DNA of 63,958 bases, filler included, from Octopus bimaculoides (GCF_001194135.2; 6 parts of 6 records of this genome joined end to end with filler, not necessarily neighbours in it), one strand, 5' to 3'. Shown: positions 13,646 through 26,619, numbered from the whole stretch's first letter. The notes: a model not told the origin generated them from the sequence alone. Numbers and translations are program-made.

Positions 13646-15334
13646 ATTTATCTATCTATCTATATCTATCTATCTATCTATCTATCTATATCTACCTATC
13701 TATCTTTGAGTGGTAAGACAATGCCACTACTTTGGTACCACCCACCCACCATCTGTTCTTCGGGTGCTTTTAGCGGAGTTAGCATTCTGTCCAGGCCTCC
13801 AGCAGGAGATTCTCACTTTTCAGTACACACAGCGACACCTACTCATCCCCGAAACGTAAGAAGAAAAAAAACAGAAGTGACCCCTTTCTTTGAATATTCA
13901 TGGACGTTGTTCCAACCTGGATCCACTCAACAGCTCTGACTTCACAGGCTTCTCTACTGTTTCCATCAATCAAATTCCAATCACGATATGTTGGTCAAGC
14001 CAAAGTTACAGTAAAGGTCACTTTACCACGGTGGAGAGAAAGATATCCAAACATGGAGCCACATAGTTGCAGAAACATCTTAATCACACGGTCATACATG
14101 CATTTGTATTTTTAGAATTTGATATTGTCTTTCACATTTTATTTTCTTCATTTCAAAACCAAACATTTCTCATTCTTAGGTGGAAAATATTATATTTTCT
14201 TTCTTCAAATAATATAGTTGTTTTGGTTTATATTTTTTACTTTATATATTTTTCTAATTTCTTTATTTCTTTTATGTAGTAATACAATTTTTCTTTAGCT
14301 AACAGGAATCATTTTGGCATCATTATATCACCATTATCAATAAACGTCAAAGAAATTGGTTAATATTTGGAGGAATAGAGTGTAGTTGGGAAATGTTAAT
14401 TGTTAAACGAAGCAGTGACAATTATTTCATGATTAGAATATTGATTGTTGCTGCTACACCAAAACTTGCAACAATGAATTCAGGATAAATTGGAACATTG
14501 AGATTACAAAAGCTTTTAAACAGCTAAAAGAAATCTTGAAGAACAAATCTGTGTGTGTGTGCGCGCGCTCAGATAAATTCGAAAATTAAACCCCAAACTT
14601 TGTCCAGAGCAGGTAACGCTGAGGTAGGAAGTCGACTGTAAGAACGATCTTCGTCGAGTGGGTACAGAAGGAGAAAAGATAAATAAAAGTAGATATAACG
14701 AACGTATTTACATGGGAAGTTGCGTATACAAATGAATGATGTAATCAAGTCTTATCTTTACAGTTGTTTCGAATAATCGATGACTGATGTCATAACCATG
14801 TACATTGCGTAATAAGTTCCAATTATGTGTGTGTGTGTAATAATAATAGAGAGAGAAAGAAAGTGGTGTCTTGAAATGTAGAGGTATTAAGTTAGGGAAA
14901 ATGCAAGTGACTGCTTGTCGGGATAGCGATAGTAAGAGAATGATATTGATGAATTGATGGCATGTTGCACAGGTGAGTAAACGAAAGGATGTATTGGATA
15001 TCAATGGATCCGATGCTGTCCCTCATTACTCAGAGCGTATGATGGGAGAGAGCGCGGAAATGAAAGTAAGAGTGATAGTGGCTGAGTCATGGTGTATGAA
15101 CAGATCTAGATGGTATATGAACAAGAGTGAGGTATATAAACGAGAGCGTATCGAATAAATATGTGAGACAGCAGATGGAGAATTAGCAAAACGGTTCAAA
15201 TGAGAATACACATCACATTATATATCCTCACATTTGAAAGGAACTATGAACCTATTTACTCCGGTGGCTGTTAGTGCTTGATACATCAAAGCACTTGATA
15301 CACATAAAGTTTACCTTCTCACACGCACACACAC

Positions 15335-15367
<33 letters not shown>

Positions 15368-17280
15368 AAAAGAGAGAGTAGATCTTAAGTGTACAAACAG
15401 ATGTACAACTGCTACTGTTATGTTTAGAGTTCCTCAAGATTATCATATTCCAGTTTTCTTCCAGTATAGTGGTTAAGTGACTACTATACTTAGTAATATA
15501 ACTAGTTATGATATACAAAGTAAATATAAGAGAAATTACGATAAACACAAGTTTATATTATTGGTTCCTACGTACGTTTCATCATCATGATTGTTTGGAG
15601 CTTGCATTAGGTGTTTCAAGTGCATTTGGATACTTAACCATAACGAATCATCAGACAACACTTTATGCATTAAGTTATGGGGAGCATTAGTTCTCTGTAA
15701 TTTAATGTAATAAAGTACTTCGAATCCCAAGAGCAGCCGATTCAATGTTTGCATGCTCTTATAACTTTATCTACTTCAAGTTTCACCGTTAAAGTGATTT
15801 ATTATACCACACACACACACATATATATGAGAGAGAGAGCGTATAGAGATTTATCTGAGCTGAAAACTTCGGCGACATCTACTCTGAGTTTCATGTAATC
15901 GATCATCTACAAAAGAGTAGATTTGGAACAATACAATAATTTTAGATACTATAATGAGAATCTGTTGATAAATATACAAATAAGTACTGAAAACTGGTTT
16001 GACTTGGTTATTACATGTTTCAAATAGATTAATGCTGTTAGATGAGTTGATTGATCATTGATGAAAATAATATAAACGTAATGAAGGTGTTNNNNNNNNN
16101 NNNNNNNNNNNNNNNNNNNNNNNNNNNNNNNNNNNNNNNNNNNNNNNNNNNNNNNNNNNNNNNNNNNNNNNNNNNNNNNNNNNNNNNNTATATATATATG
16201 TTGTGTGTGTATACACGCACACATAAATATATATATGCACATAATTTCGTATTTAGAATTAAATATTAAAAAAACTTTGTTCATCCTTAATAATTTCTAT
16301 ACTATCACATCTACATAAAAGTGGATAATTTTGTGACCTTGATAAAAAAAAAATTACAGATTTCGATATGGATCCCTCCAAGTCATAGGGAATATGCTTT
16401 GGCTTTTAAATTGAAGATATGTCCAGCAAGAGAAGTAGTTCTTTGGGGGTAACTCTAGAAAATGAATGGTGATGTGTGTAATATCTCTTTTTTGAATTAG
16501 AAGTGGAACCAATGAAGAATTATGAATTATAACGATCAATTCATAAACTACATTATTACGTCTGGGGTAACCACTGAGAAAACAATTTTCTTTCTCTCTA
16601 CAGTTACATAAATTGTTATCAGATTTTGGCAAGGCAGAATTTCTGCTGACAGAGAGAATATTGCTAGCATTGATATTAGAAAAAATTTATTATTACTGTC
16701 TTTCTCTCATCCTCGTTGCCTTATTGCTAATATAATAATCACGCGTTTATCAGGTTGACAATTTCTAGTAATATTATCGGTAATGTTAATATTATTATGA
16801 TTACAATCATTACTACAACCATTGCTTTTATGATTATTATTATCACAACCATTGCTACAACGATAATTATGATTGTCCTTATCAACTTTATTATTGTTGT
16901 CACCATTATTATTATTTATGATATCACTGAGTCTGTCATTATTAAAATAGCCTTGCAACGGTTACAATTATACTCAGTAATATTACAACTAATATATCCA
17001 TAGTGACAATTATTAAATCTATAATTTTTAGTTTACTTGGAATTAATATTACATTTGTTTAATTTAGAGTGATTTGTGACTGTTTTGATAGATACTAAAT
17101 TAGGTGCAGTAGAGTAAGAAAGTTTAACGGTGGTCTTATTGAATATTTGATAGTACATTTATTATGGTAAAAAATTGTCTTTAAGAATCTTAAAGTATAA
17201 GTGCACAATTTTCGGTATAACAGGCTTTGCAACATTATACGAAGCAACATTCTGTTTTCTGTTTCTCCCACTACTTCATA

Positions 17281-17671
17281 TCTTTTATCTTTTACTTGTT
17301 TCAGTCATTAGACCGCGGCCATGCTAAGGCATTTGACTGCGGCCATGCTAAGTCAAATGAATCGACCTCAGTACTTCTTTTTAAGCCTGGTACATGTTCT
17401 ATTTGTCTCTTTTGCCGAGCCGCTAAGCTACGGGAACGTAAACTCACCAATACTGGTTGTCGAGTGGTGGTGGGGAACAAACATAGACACAAACACACAT
17501 ACATGCGCGCGCGCGCGTGTATACGACAGGCTTCTTTCGGTTTCCGTTTACCTAACCCACTCACAAGGCTTTTGCCAGCCCGATGCTTGCCCAGGGTGCA
17601 ACGGAGGGAGTTTGAACCCGGGACCATGTGGTTTGGAAGCAAACTTCTTATCATACAGCAACGGCTGCACC
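17281..17671 (-). mobile_element. SINE family A, full length
   Basis: Reverse complement of the 118-522 element, diverged. Confidence 0.88.
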
Positions 17672-17679
17672 TATTAGTC

Positions 17680-18000
17680 GCAGGCGTGGCTGTATGGTAA
17701 GAAGTTTGCTTACCTACCACATGGAACCTGGTTCAGTCCTACGTGAAACTCGGGGCAAGTTTCTTCTACTACAGCCCCCGGCCAACCAAAGCCTTGTGTG
17801 CTGATTTGGTAGACGGACACTGAAAGAAACCCGTTGTATTTGTGTGTTTGTGCTGCGTCTGCCTCCTCCTCACCGCTTGACAACCGGTGTTAGTTTGTTT
17901 GCGTTCACGTAACTTAGCGGTTCGACAAAATAACATAAGTACCAGACTTAAAAAAGCAATAAGTACAGGAGTCGATTTGCGCGACTAAAACTCTTCAAGT
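17680..18000 (+). mobile_element. SINE family A, head-to-head with the previous copy
   Basis: gcaggcgtggctgtatggtaagaagtttgc head and matching body. Confidence 0.85.
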
Positions 18001-18112
18001 CGTTTACTTTAATGCGATACACTTTATCACATATTTCAGATTCAGTGTTTAGATTAACATTCCCCTCCTCTACCCACAATGCATTGTAATTATATTCTCT
18101 GTATAAGGGTTA

Positions 18113-18420
18113 AGGCTAAAGACTCCCTCCAATCATGACTGACCATGGAATTGCACCTAGAAAGTTACCTCCGAGGCACGTTCCGGGCAAGGTTGTTTAT
18201 GGAAGACCAGCAGTCACCCATGCATACCGACCTCCCCTCTCCATGCCACCAGCGTTATCCAAGGGAAAGGCAAAGGCCAATACAGCTTGGCACCGGTGAC
18301 ATCACAACTCATCTCTACAGCTGAATGAACTGGAGCAACGTGAAATAAAGTGTCTTGCTCAAGCACACAACACAAAGCCCGGTCCGGGAATCGAACTCAC
18401 TACTTCATGATTGCCTGTCT
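18113..18420 (-). mobile_element. SINE family C with tail type T2
   Basis: Reverse complement has tRNA-like head, TTGAGCAAGACACTTTATTTCACGTTGCTCCAGTTCA body and GGTGCCAAGCTG...CCTCGGAGGTAACTTTCTAGGTGCAA tail; homologous to 59066-59375. Confidence 0.8.
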
Positions 18421-19328
18421 GACACTCTAGAAACCTGAGTCCCGTTATATTTGAATAATGACAGAAAATGATTATGAGTATTTTGAATATATTTAATGAT
18501 ACGCGCGTTTCAAGTGGTTACGTAACGAGTAGATATATTGTCTTTTTAGCTTCTTGGTCATTTCAAGCGAAATATATGGATAATTAAAAATTTTCTGCTA
18601 TATATAGTAGTATGCAAAAGTAAAACCACGGAAAAGCCATAAAAAAGAAAAGAACTAGAAAAAAAAATCGGAAAAAGGAAAAGCAAAATGAGAAAATTAT
18701 AAACAGAAGGAAATAATGAGAGAATATACGTGTAGAATTATCCTGAGAGATGGAGGCGTAGTTAACACAGTAATAAAAAAAAAGTTCAAAAGTAGAAAAT
18801 AAACTTCAAACATCGAAGGGATGTGAAGGAAGTAATAATAAATTCTAGTGCCGGAGACAAAATAATTAATTTTCGAGCAGGTCAAGTAGTATCATCCTTT
18901 TGCAGATAAAAATCTTAAAGAATTACGGGCGTATTGTCCTGACCATGATGCCTTCAAATTTAAGAATGTGCTTATTAGACCTTAGCAATGCAGTCCAGTC
19001 GGAGGTCATAAATTGGTTTAGAGATAAATATTTGTGCTATTCAACGACACCGTAAAATATAGATGGAGAAGAGACAGAGACAGACAGACAGACAGACAGA
19101 CAGAGACAGAGAAGAGGCGAATTTATAACACAAGTAAAAACAAATGCAAGATCAATATAATAACAACGATAAAAGCATTATTAATAAAGTAATAATGACC
19201 GTAACGTGACAAATAACAACAAAAATAACAGGTCCTTGAGATTTGAGGAGCCTTGTTATTACTAAACCTCAAGATAAAATTCTTACTAATTAAGTTAGCA
19301 TGTACTAGCTTAATAATAATAATAATCT

Positions 19329-19769
19329 GTAATTGTTCAGTTTAGGGATATTAAAAAGTAAATAAAAATTAAGGGGGAGATAACTGGCAAAGGGACATAA
19401 CTAAGTCATCTTATTGCTAAACAACATAAATACTGGATATTATTTCTTTCAGAATTAATCAGAATGGCGCGTGGAAGACCAACGGAGCCGCAATTCATTG
19501 TTTCTGAAATTGAAATCCTCAACTTTGAATTAATCTTGAAGGAATCTTGGTATACCACCCAATTAGCCGAATCACGAGACAAGATTCTTCAGTGGTTGGC
19601 ACGGCGTCGACTATTTATGAAGTTATACACGTACAAAAACTGTAATTCGCCATGCTACCTTACTACAATATTTATGTTAACAGTAAATTGACTTACTTAT
19701 GTCCCTTTACTAGTTATCTCCCCCTTAATTTTTATTTACTCTTTTAATATCCGTAAACTGAACAGTTAC
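19329..19769. mobile_element. MITE-like element with about 100-bp terminal inverted repeats
   Basis: 19329-19435 (gtaattgttcagtttagggatattaaaaagtaaataaaaattaagggggagataact...) is the reverse complement of 19668-19769. Confidence 0.75.
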
Positions 19770-19985
19770 CTAATAATCCTTTCTACTAAAAGCACAAGGC
19801 CTGAACTTTTTTGTCGGGGGATTGGGATAAGTCGATTACATCGACCCCAGTACTCAACTGGTAATTAATTTATCGATGAAAGGTAAAGTTGATCTCGTCG
19901 GAATTTGAACTCAGCGCAAAGATGGACGAAATGTAGCTATGCATTTTACCTGGGGTGCCAACGATTCTGCCGGCTGGCCGCCTTT
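19770..19985 (-). mobile_element. SINE family B
   Basis: aataatcctttctactaaaagcacaaggcc tail through ggaatttgaactcag and gctggccgcctt head. Confidence 0.85.
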
Positions 19986-20180
19986 AGCTCAGTAATAATA
20001 TCGATACCAATAGCAGCAACGACGACAATGGTGGTATCAGGAAATGTATAGAAGCAAAAGGAGTTCGGTATTTACACCAATAAAAATATACGCATGCTAA
20101 ATAATTCATTCATACACCCATGTGTATGTATTCGCGCATGCAACACACATACACGCACACACACACACACGCACAGAAAT

Positions 20181-20414
20181 AAGTAATATTCGTAGCCACT
20201 TCAAATAGTTGTTCGTTTAAACGAACTCTACTGCGATTTTTTAACCTCAAGAGGTCATCTCCTCTATCTGGTTAACGATGAAGAACTGCATCCGGTAAAT
20301 TACAAACAGGGGAACGAACACCTACCACCTTCTAGTGACGAAACTAGTAGACCAGTCCTAGTTTCGGACTATTTCTGCCACTCTTTAGTACTGGACACCT
20401 CGTCTGCTAGAGAT
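20181..20414 (+). repeat. Unclassified dispersed repeat E, copy 1
   Basis: Homologous to 23557-23739 (+) and 24054-24350 (-). Confidence 0.75.
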
Positions 20415-21544
20415 GAATTTTTTATTAGGATAATTAATATCGTACATAGAGGGGACAAAACAGGACAATACAAACAATTATTGTTATTATGAGTTCGTAT
20501 GATACTTAGTTTTTAAAAATATTGAATGATATATGTAAGAACGACCGTGCGAACTCAAAAAAGAGAAATGGTGACGAATGGAAAAACAGAGGACTCCTTT
20601 TATTTAAACGTGTCACACGGTCGAACACAAAAATATATATCAATGATGATATACAAATAATATGTTATACTACGATAACATAGATGACCAGTAATGAAAG
20701 ACCACAACCGTATGAGATGAATAACAGAAATATTTATTATGGCGTTAAAGATGTATGTCTGTGTGTGAGTGTGAATGCGACATATAATAACATAATCAAA
20801 GACAGGCCGTCGTACAAAGAAAAGTGTGTATGTGAGTGATACATGTATGTGTATGTGAGATATTACAGNNNNNNNNNNNNNNNNNNNNNNNNNNNNNNNN
20901 NNNNNNNNNNNNNNNNNNNNNNNNNNNNNNNNNNNNNNNNNNNNNNNNNNNNNNNNNNNNNNNNNNNNNNNNNNNNNNNNNNNNNNNNNNNNNNNNNNNN
21001 NNNNNNNNNNNNNNNNNNNNNNNNNNNNNNNNNNNNNNNNNNNNNNNNNNNNNNNNNNNNNNNNNNNNNNNNNNNNNNNNNNNNNNNNNNNNNNNNNNNN
21101 NNNNNNNNNNNNNNNNNNNNNNNNNNNNNNNNNNNNNNNNNNNNNNNNNNNNNNNNNNNNNNNNNNNNNNNNNNNNNNNNNNNNNNNNNNNNNNNNNNNN
21201 NNNNNNNNNNNNNNNNNNNNNNNNNNNNNNNNNNNNNNNNNNNNNNNNNNNNNNNNNNNNNNNNNNNNNNNNNNNNNNNNNNNNNNNNNNNNNNNNNNNN
21301 NNNNNNNNNNNNNNNNNNNNNNNNNNNNNNNNNNNNNNNNNNNNNNNNNNNNNNNNNNNNNNNNNNNNNNNNNNNNNNNNNNNNNNNNNNNNNNNNNNNN
21401 NNNNNNNNNNNNNNNNNNNNNNNNNNNNNNNNNNNNNNNNNNNNNNNNNNNNNNNNNTGTTTATATTTAAATGAGAAGATTGTATGTAATGGCGATAGTA
21501 GTTTTGTATCTAATGGCGATAGGTAGTTTCACTACATATATAAT

Positions 21545-23555
21545 TAAAATTTGACTTTTTTTCTGGTGGGGATTAAACCTGATGGGCTGAAAAGCCCAGC
21601 GACTATACATTTTCCTTTTCCCATGAGGATTAAGCAGGATCAAATGCACCCACCTTTCTTACCACAACCATCCATCTTTTCTCGAACACACCTCGCGACA
21701 GGCATCTCCTCTCCAGCCCTATCTTGTTCTTCAGATGATATCTGAAGTATGTCAGCAAACCAGGGCCAGAGATGAAGGATCCCGTCAAGAGTCCTTGCAA
21801 TCTGGTCCTCCACACACACTCTTTGAACACTGCAACTGAACAGAGGAAACATGCCTTACCTTCCTCTGAGTGTCCGGATGGCGGCACAATTTTTATTATA
21901 GACTCAGCTGATGACTGTACTCTGCCTAAGAGTGATAACACGTGTTCAACATAAATTATCAAGCCTGAAAGCTTCCGGCACTGTACAAAAGCGTGCTGGA
22001 CAGTTCATCGTCCAGCCCATATCTTGGACATGCAGTTGGCACTGACATTCCGTGCCTGCATAACTTATCGCGAACAGGTAAAGCGTTCCTGTAGCACTGC
22101 CAGGTCAGGGATTTTTGGTAATTGTCCAAATAACCCGGCCCAAAAGTTTTTTTGAACAGGTTGGCAAGTTGGTTCTCGTCGAACCCCGGAGCCCCTCCTA
22201 TGACTCATCATTTAAAAAATCTACCAGCCCTTTATACAAAACCGAGGTGGTATTCCCACTGCCGGCCTTGCCCGTCTTGTGGATTAGCACGAGTGCCTGT
22301 CAACACTCCTTTTGCCATTCTGTCAGATTACGTCTTTTAATAATACCGTGTTTGAATCTCTCCAAAGAGGTTAGTCGCAGAAAGAATTCTTCCGCCAGCG
22401 GATTCCATACCTTGTCACCCTCCAGGTAGCGCCAGAGATGTCTCAGCCTCAACGCATGTCTGCGCATCATTAGCCAGGGCATCCCTAATCCACCCTTTAA
22501 CGGCTCCTGGTAGCAGATAGAGCGCTTCACAACTGGCTTTCCTCCTTTCTACAATAAGCGGAAGAGGAGGCGCTCCAACTTATTTAGCCTCGAGTCGGGG
22601 CAAAGGACAACGGTTAGGCGGTATTTACCTCCGTAAAATCCCCATCCTGTTCGGTTTTCTGTTTCTGCTTTTTATCCACCTCTATATCTTCCTGAACACA
22701 CTCTTCTACCATTTCCACTGCTGCTCTAGGGCATTTCCTTCTCAGGTGCCCTCTTTCACCACATCCGTAACATTTTAGGGGTCTCTCCTCCAACATTACT
22801 TCCAGTTTTTCACCGTTTGGTAATTCTACAGTTTCCACTATTTCATCGTAATATTCTGGGCTTACAGCGCAAATTACTTCAATGCCATATCCCCGCCAAT
22901 TCAATTGTTGTGTTCTGCTTACTATGCCAATCTTCAGGTTTTCTCCATTCTTCCTCAGCTCTGAATTAAAAGTTGCGGCTATTACCCATTCCGGGTTTAT
23001 CGACGGTGGGATTCTTCTCACCCTGATCCTGACGATTCTTTTGCTCCAACAGTCCGGCATCAACGTCCATTTCTCTCCATGTAACATCGTGTTGCCAGAT
23101 TTTCTCACCTCATCTTCCGAAAGAAAAGTCACTTCTATAGTTCCATATCTTCTTCCTCTGGTAAAAAAAAAAACGTTATCCCTTCTCCCATGTTCACCAC
23201 CAACATTTCCTCTATCTCTTCCTGCGGTGCGTGTTCTATTCTCCCATTTTCATTCGAAAATGTTCTGATTACCGTCTTGCTTTCCATTTTTCTTGTTTCT
23301 TCCTCTGGCAGGGTCATTTTTATGTTGGACCCTTCCTTCTTTATCATATCACAATACTTGGTTATTTTCTCTTCATTACACTCCATCATCTCCGACCTCA
23401 GCACACGTGGGTCTATGGCATCTCGACCTCCAGTAGCTTCCGCGTAGCTTTTCATTTTTTCCATTATTCACCTCCATCCCACGATGGTGGATTCGCACAA
23501 AAAATTCCGCTTAGTATTCTTCGAAAAACAACAAACACCGAGTCTGATTTTACAA
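21545..23555 (-). mobile_element. Tx1/L1-clade LINE with ORF1 and ORF2 C-terminus; endonuclease and RT core deleted
   Basis: ORF1 (23464-22614, frameshift at a T11 run) has a CCHC knuckle CYGCGERGHLRRKC. It runs directly into RT thumb/C-terminal sequence YRLTVVLCPDSRLNKLERLLF..KGGKPVVKRSICYQEPLKGGLGMP and the C-terminal ORF 21630-21962. Confidence 0.85.
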
Positions 23556-23556
23556 C

Positions 23557-23739
23557 AAGCTAAAAAGCTAGTTCTAAAATCTCTCCAAGAGATCAACGCA
23601 GTAGTTGTACTGACAAGTAATATTCGTAACAACTTCAACATAGTTGTCTGTTCGAACGGACTTTACTGTGACTTTTTAAGCCCCAAGAGGACATCTCCTC
23701 TAGCTGGTTAACGATGCACAGCTGCACTGATAAATTTGC
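23557..23739 (+). repeat. Unclassified dispersed repeat E, copy 2
   Basis: aagctagttctaaaatctctccaagagatcaacgcagtagttgtactg...; inverted match to 24165-24350. Confidence 0.8.
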
Positions 23740-23763
23740 TTGTTGCAAAATCAGCGATTGTGT

Positions 23764-23995
23764 TATTTCTTACTACTCACAAGGGGCTACACACAGAGGG
23801 AACAAACAAGGACAGACAAACGGATTAAGTCGATTATATCGACCCCAGTGCGTAACTGGTACTTATTTAATCGACCCCGAAAGGATGAAAGGCAAAGTTG
23901 ACCTCGACGGAATTTGAACTCAGAACGTAGCGGCAGACGAAATACCGCTAAGCATTTCGCCCGGCGTGCTAACGTTTCTGCCAGCTCGCCGCCTT
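23764..23995 (-). mobile_element. SINE family B with alternative tail, apparently young (CpGs intact)
   Basis: Reverse complement AAGGCGGCGAGCTGGCAGAAACGTTAGCACGCCGGGCGAAATGC...CCCCTTGTGAGTAGTAAGAAATA. Confidence 0.9.
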
Positions 23996-24053
23996 ATCAG
24001 TGATTGTGTGTTTGCTTGAAATATATATATTGCGAGCAGAGGCGAGCTACTGC

Positions 24054-24350
24054 CATATCTAGCAGACAAGGTGTCCAATACTGAAGAGTGGCAGAAATAT
24101 TCCGAAATCAGGACTGGTCTACTGATTCCATCGCTAGAAGGTAGTAAGGTTTCGTTCCCCTGTTCGCAATTTATCGGATGCAGCCCTGCATCGTTAGCAA
24201 GCTAGAGGAGATATCCTCTTGGGGTTAAAAAAATTGCAGTAGAATCTGTTCGAACGGACAACCATGTTGAAGTGGCTACGAATATATTACTTGCCAGTAC
24301 AACTACTGCGTTGATCTCTTAGAGAGATTTGAGAACTAGCATTTTTGCTT
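24054..24350 (-). repeat. Unclassified dispersed repeat E, copy 3
   Basis: Reverse complement aligns with both copy 1 and copy 2. Confidence 0.8.
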
Positions 24351-24427
24351 ATATATATGTGTGTGTGTGTGCGTGTGTGTGTGTGTGTGCGTGCGTGCGT
24401 GCGTATGTGTGTAGGTATGTATGTATG

Positions 24428-24449
<22 letters not shown>

Positions 24450-24458
<9 letters not shown>

Positions 24459-24975
24459 ATGCGACTCTATACTGTTTTCTGCCCTATCCTGTCTAATTCT
24501 CTTTTCCTCCCTGTCACCGTTTTCTATCTGCCTCTCTCTCCCTCTTCCTCTTTTCTTTCTTTCTCTCTCTCTCTCGGTGCTCACACATGACCATCGTCCA
24601 TCTTTCTTTTCCTCACGTGACCATCTTTCTTTCCTGCATGGAGGTTCTAAGGACTAGACGTTTCCTATCTCTCTCTTCTATCTTTTCTCTTTTCAAAGAA
24701 AATATTTCTCTCACCGTTCACTATTTCCCCCTCGTTCAGGTCTAACGACCCTCCATAAATCCCAAATTTTATTTTGGTATTTATGGGAGCAACTGTCTTC
24801 GAAGACTCATATTGTCGTTGACTGCCCAAAATAGGGAGCAGATAGACAGCGGACAACTGATGAAGGGTCATTCTTTGTATTACTTGTCCTTTTTTCTCTC
24901 TCGTTATTTGCGTATTTATCTCATTGTTTTCGTATTTCATGTTGTTTACTGTTGGTGACGTCCTGTACCAATATA
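24450..24975 (-). repeat. Dispersed repeat F adjoining (TA)n, possibly a Penelope-associated terminal repeat
   Basis: Reverse complement (GTACAGGACGTCACCAACAGTAAACAACATGAAATA...GTCTTCGAAGACAGTTGCTCC) matches 29807-30355. Confidence 0.7.
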
Positions 24976-26112
24976 TGCATATATATATATATATATATAT
25001 ANNNNNNNNNNNNNNNNNNNNNNNNNNNNNNNNNNNNNNNNNNNNNNNNNNNNNNNNNNNNNNNNNNNNNNNNNNNNNNNNNNNNNNNNNNNNNNNNNNN
25101 NNNNNNNNNNNNNNNNNNNNNNNNNNNNNNNNNNNNNNNNNNNNNNNNNNNNNNNNNNNNNNNNNNNNNNNNNNNNNNNNNNNNNNNNNNNNNNNNNNNN
25201 NNNNNNNNNNNNNNNNNNNNNNNNNNNNNNNNNNNNNNNNNNNNNNNNNNNNNNNNNNNNNNNNNNNNNNNNNNNNNNNNNNNNNNNNNNNNNNNNNNNN
25301 NNNNNNNNNNNNNNNNNNNNNNNNNNNNNNNNNNNNNNNNNNNNNNNNNNNNNNNNNNNNNNNNNNNNNNNNNNNNNNNNNNNNNNNNNNNNNNNNNNNN
25401 NNNNNNNNNNNNNNNNNNNNNNNNNNNNNNNNNNNNNNNNNNNNNNNNNNNNNNNNNNNNNNNNNNNNNNNNNNNNNNNNNNNNNNNNNNNNNNNNNNNN
25501 NNNNNNNNNNNNNNNNNNNNNNNNNNNNNNNNNNNNNNNNNNNNNNNNNNNNNNNNNNNNNNNNNNNNNNNNNNNNNNNNNNNNNNNNNNNNNNNNNNNN
25601 NNNNNNNNNNNNNNNNNNNNNNNNNNNNNNNNNNNNNNNNNNNNNNNNNNNNNNNNNNNNNNNNNNNNNNNNNNGATGCATTTGTTCTTGTCGTCTGTGC
25701 TGATAATTACTTCGCCGCAGGAAGGTAATGTTTATTTTTCATTCTTTTAACTAATCAAAAATTATCATCTCTGTTAAAAGGGAACAAGGAAACTTTTAAA
25801 AGAACGACAACAACAACAACAACAACAGCAAAAAGTATGATAGAAAATATAATTGAACACACCACCACCGACGACGACAACAACGATGGTGGTGGTGGTG
25901 GTGGTGATGGTAGCGGCGGTGGTGATTATGATGATAATGATTATGCTGACGACAATGACGTTGTCTGATGATGATGATGATGATGATGATGATAACAAAC
26001 ATATGTTGCTAAAAAAAAAAATGATTTCCTTGTACAAAAGATGTGTGAACGTATAACTGATACAATAAACCTTGCTGGATGACCTGAAAAAAAAAAAAAA
26101 GAAATTAAAATA

Positions 26113-26159
<47 letters not shown>

Positions 26160-26519
26160 TAATTGGCTCGTCGTGAAAAAGAGAGAACCGTTTGTTAAAT
26201 CTCAACACGTATTTCTCTTTGCTAAATTGTATCGAGTTGTGTAGATATGTTGTTGGAATGCCCGCTAAGTGTAACGGATGAAAATCTGCGGTTAAGAAAC
26301 TTCCTACTGACTCTTCAATCAAATTGAGCTTAATGTCCTATTGAGATTCACTGCAGTATGGCTCTCTCTAAATTAATGCAGGCTCTGCGGTGAATTTGAA
26401 ACAAATGTTAAGTCTCCTCTGAGTTTCCAGCTACTTCTTGAGATATTCTACTTGGTTATCAGATTATACTTTATTAAGCCATTTATGATTATATTTGTGT
26501 GTGTGTTTGTGTGTGTACA

Positions 26520-26553
<34 letters not shown>

Positions 26554-26619
26554 CATACATAATTAATACATACATACATACATGCACACACACATACACG
26601 CTTACACACATATAAATGG

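Noticed and set aside
13700-15220. Short ORFs in unique-looking sequence (13706-13939, 14973-15158)
   Set aside because: No recognisable motifs, no convincing splice pairing, and lengths expected by chance.
16700-17000. Asn-rich and Ile-rich ORFs (16707-16958, 16755-17003)
   Set aside because: Degenerate ATT/ATC/ACC trinucleotide low-complexity sequence; same for 25790-26000 and 45880-46020.
24815-24872. Permuted hammerhead-like order (CCC-AAAA...CTGATGA-AGGG) in repeat F, also on the minus strand near 29915-29965
   Set aside because: Core words are present but no stem I hairpin forms in either copy, and GAAA or the cleavage triplet is mutated in one copy; insufficient support.
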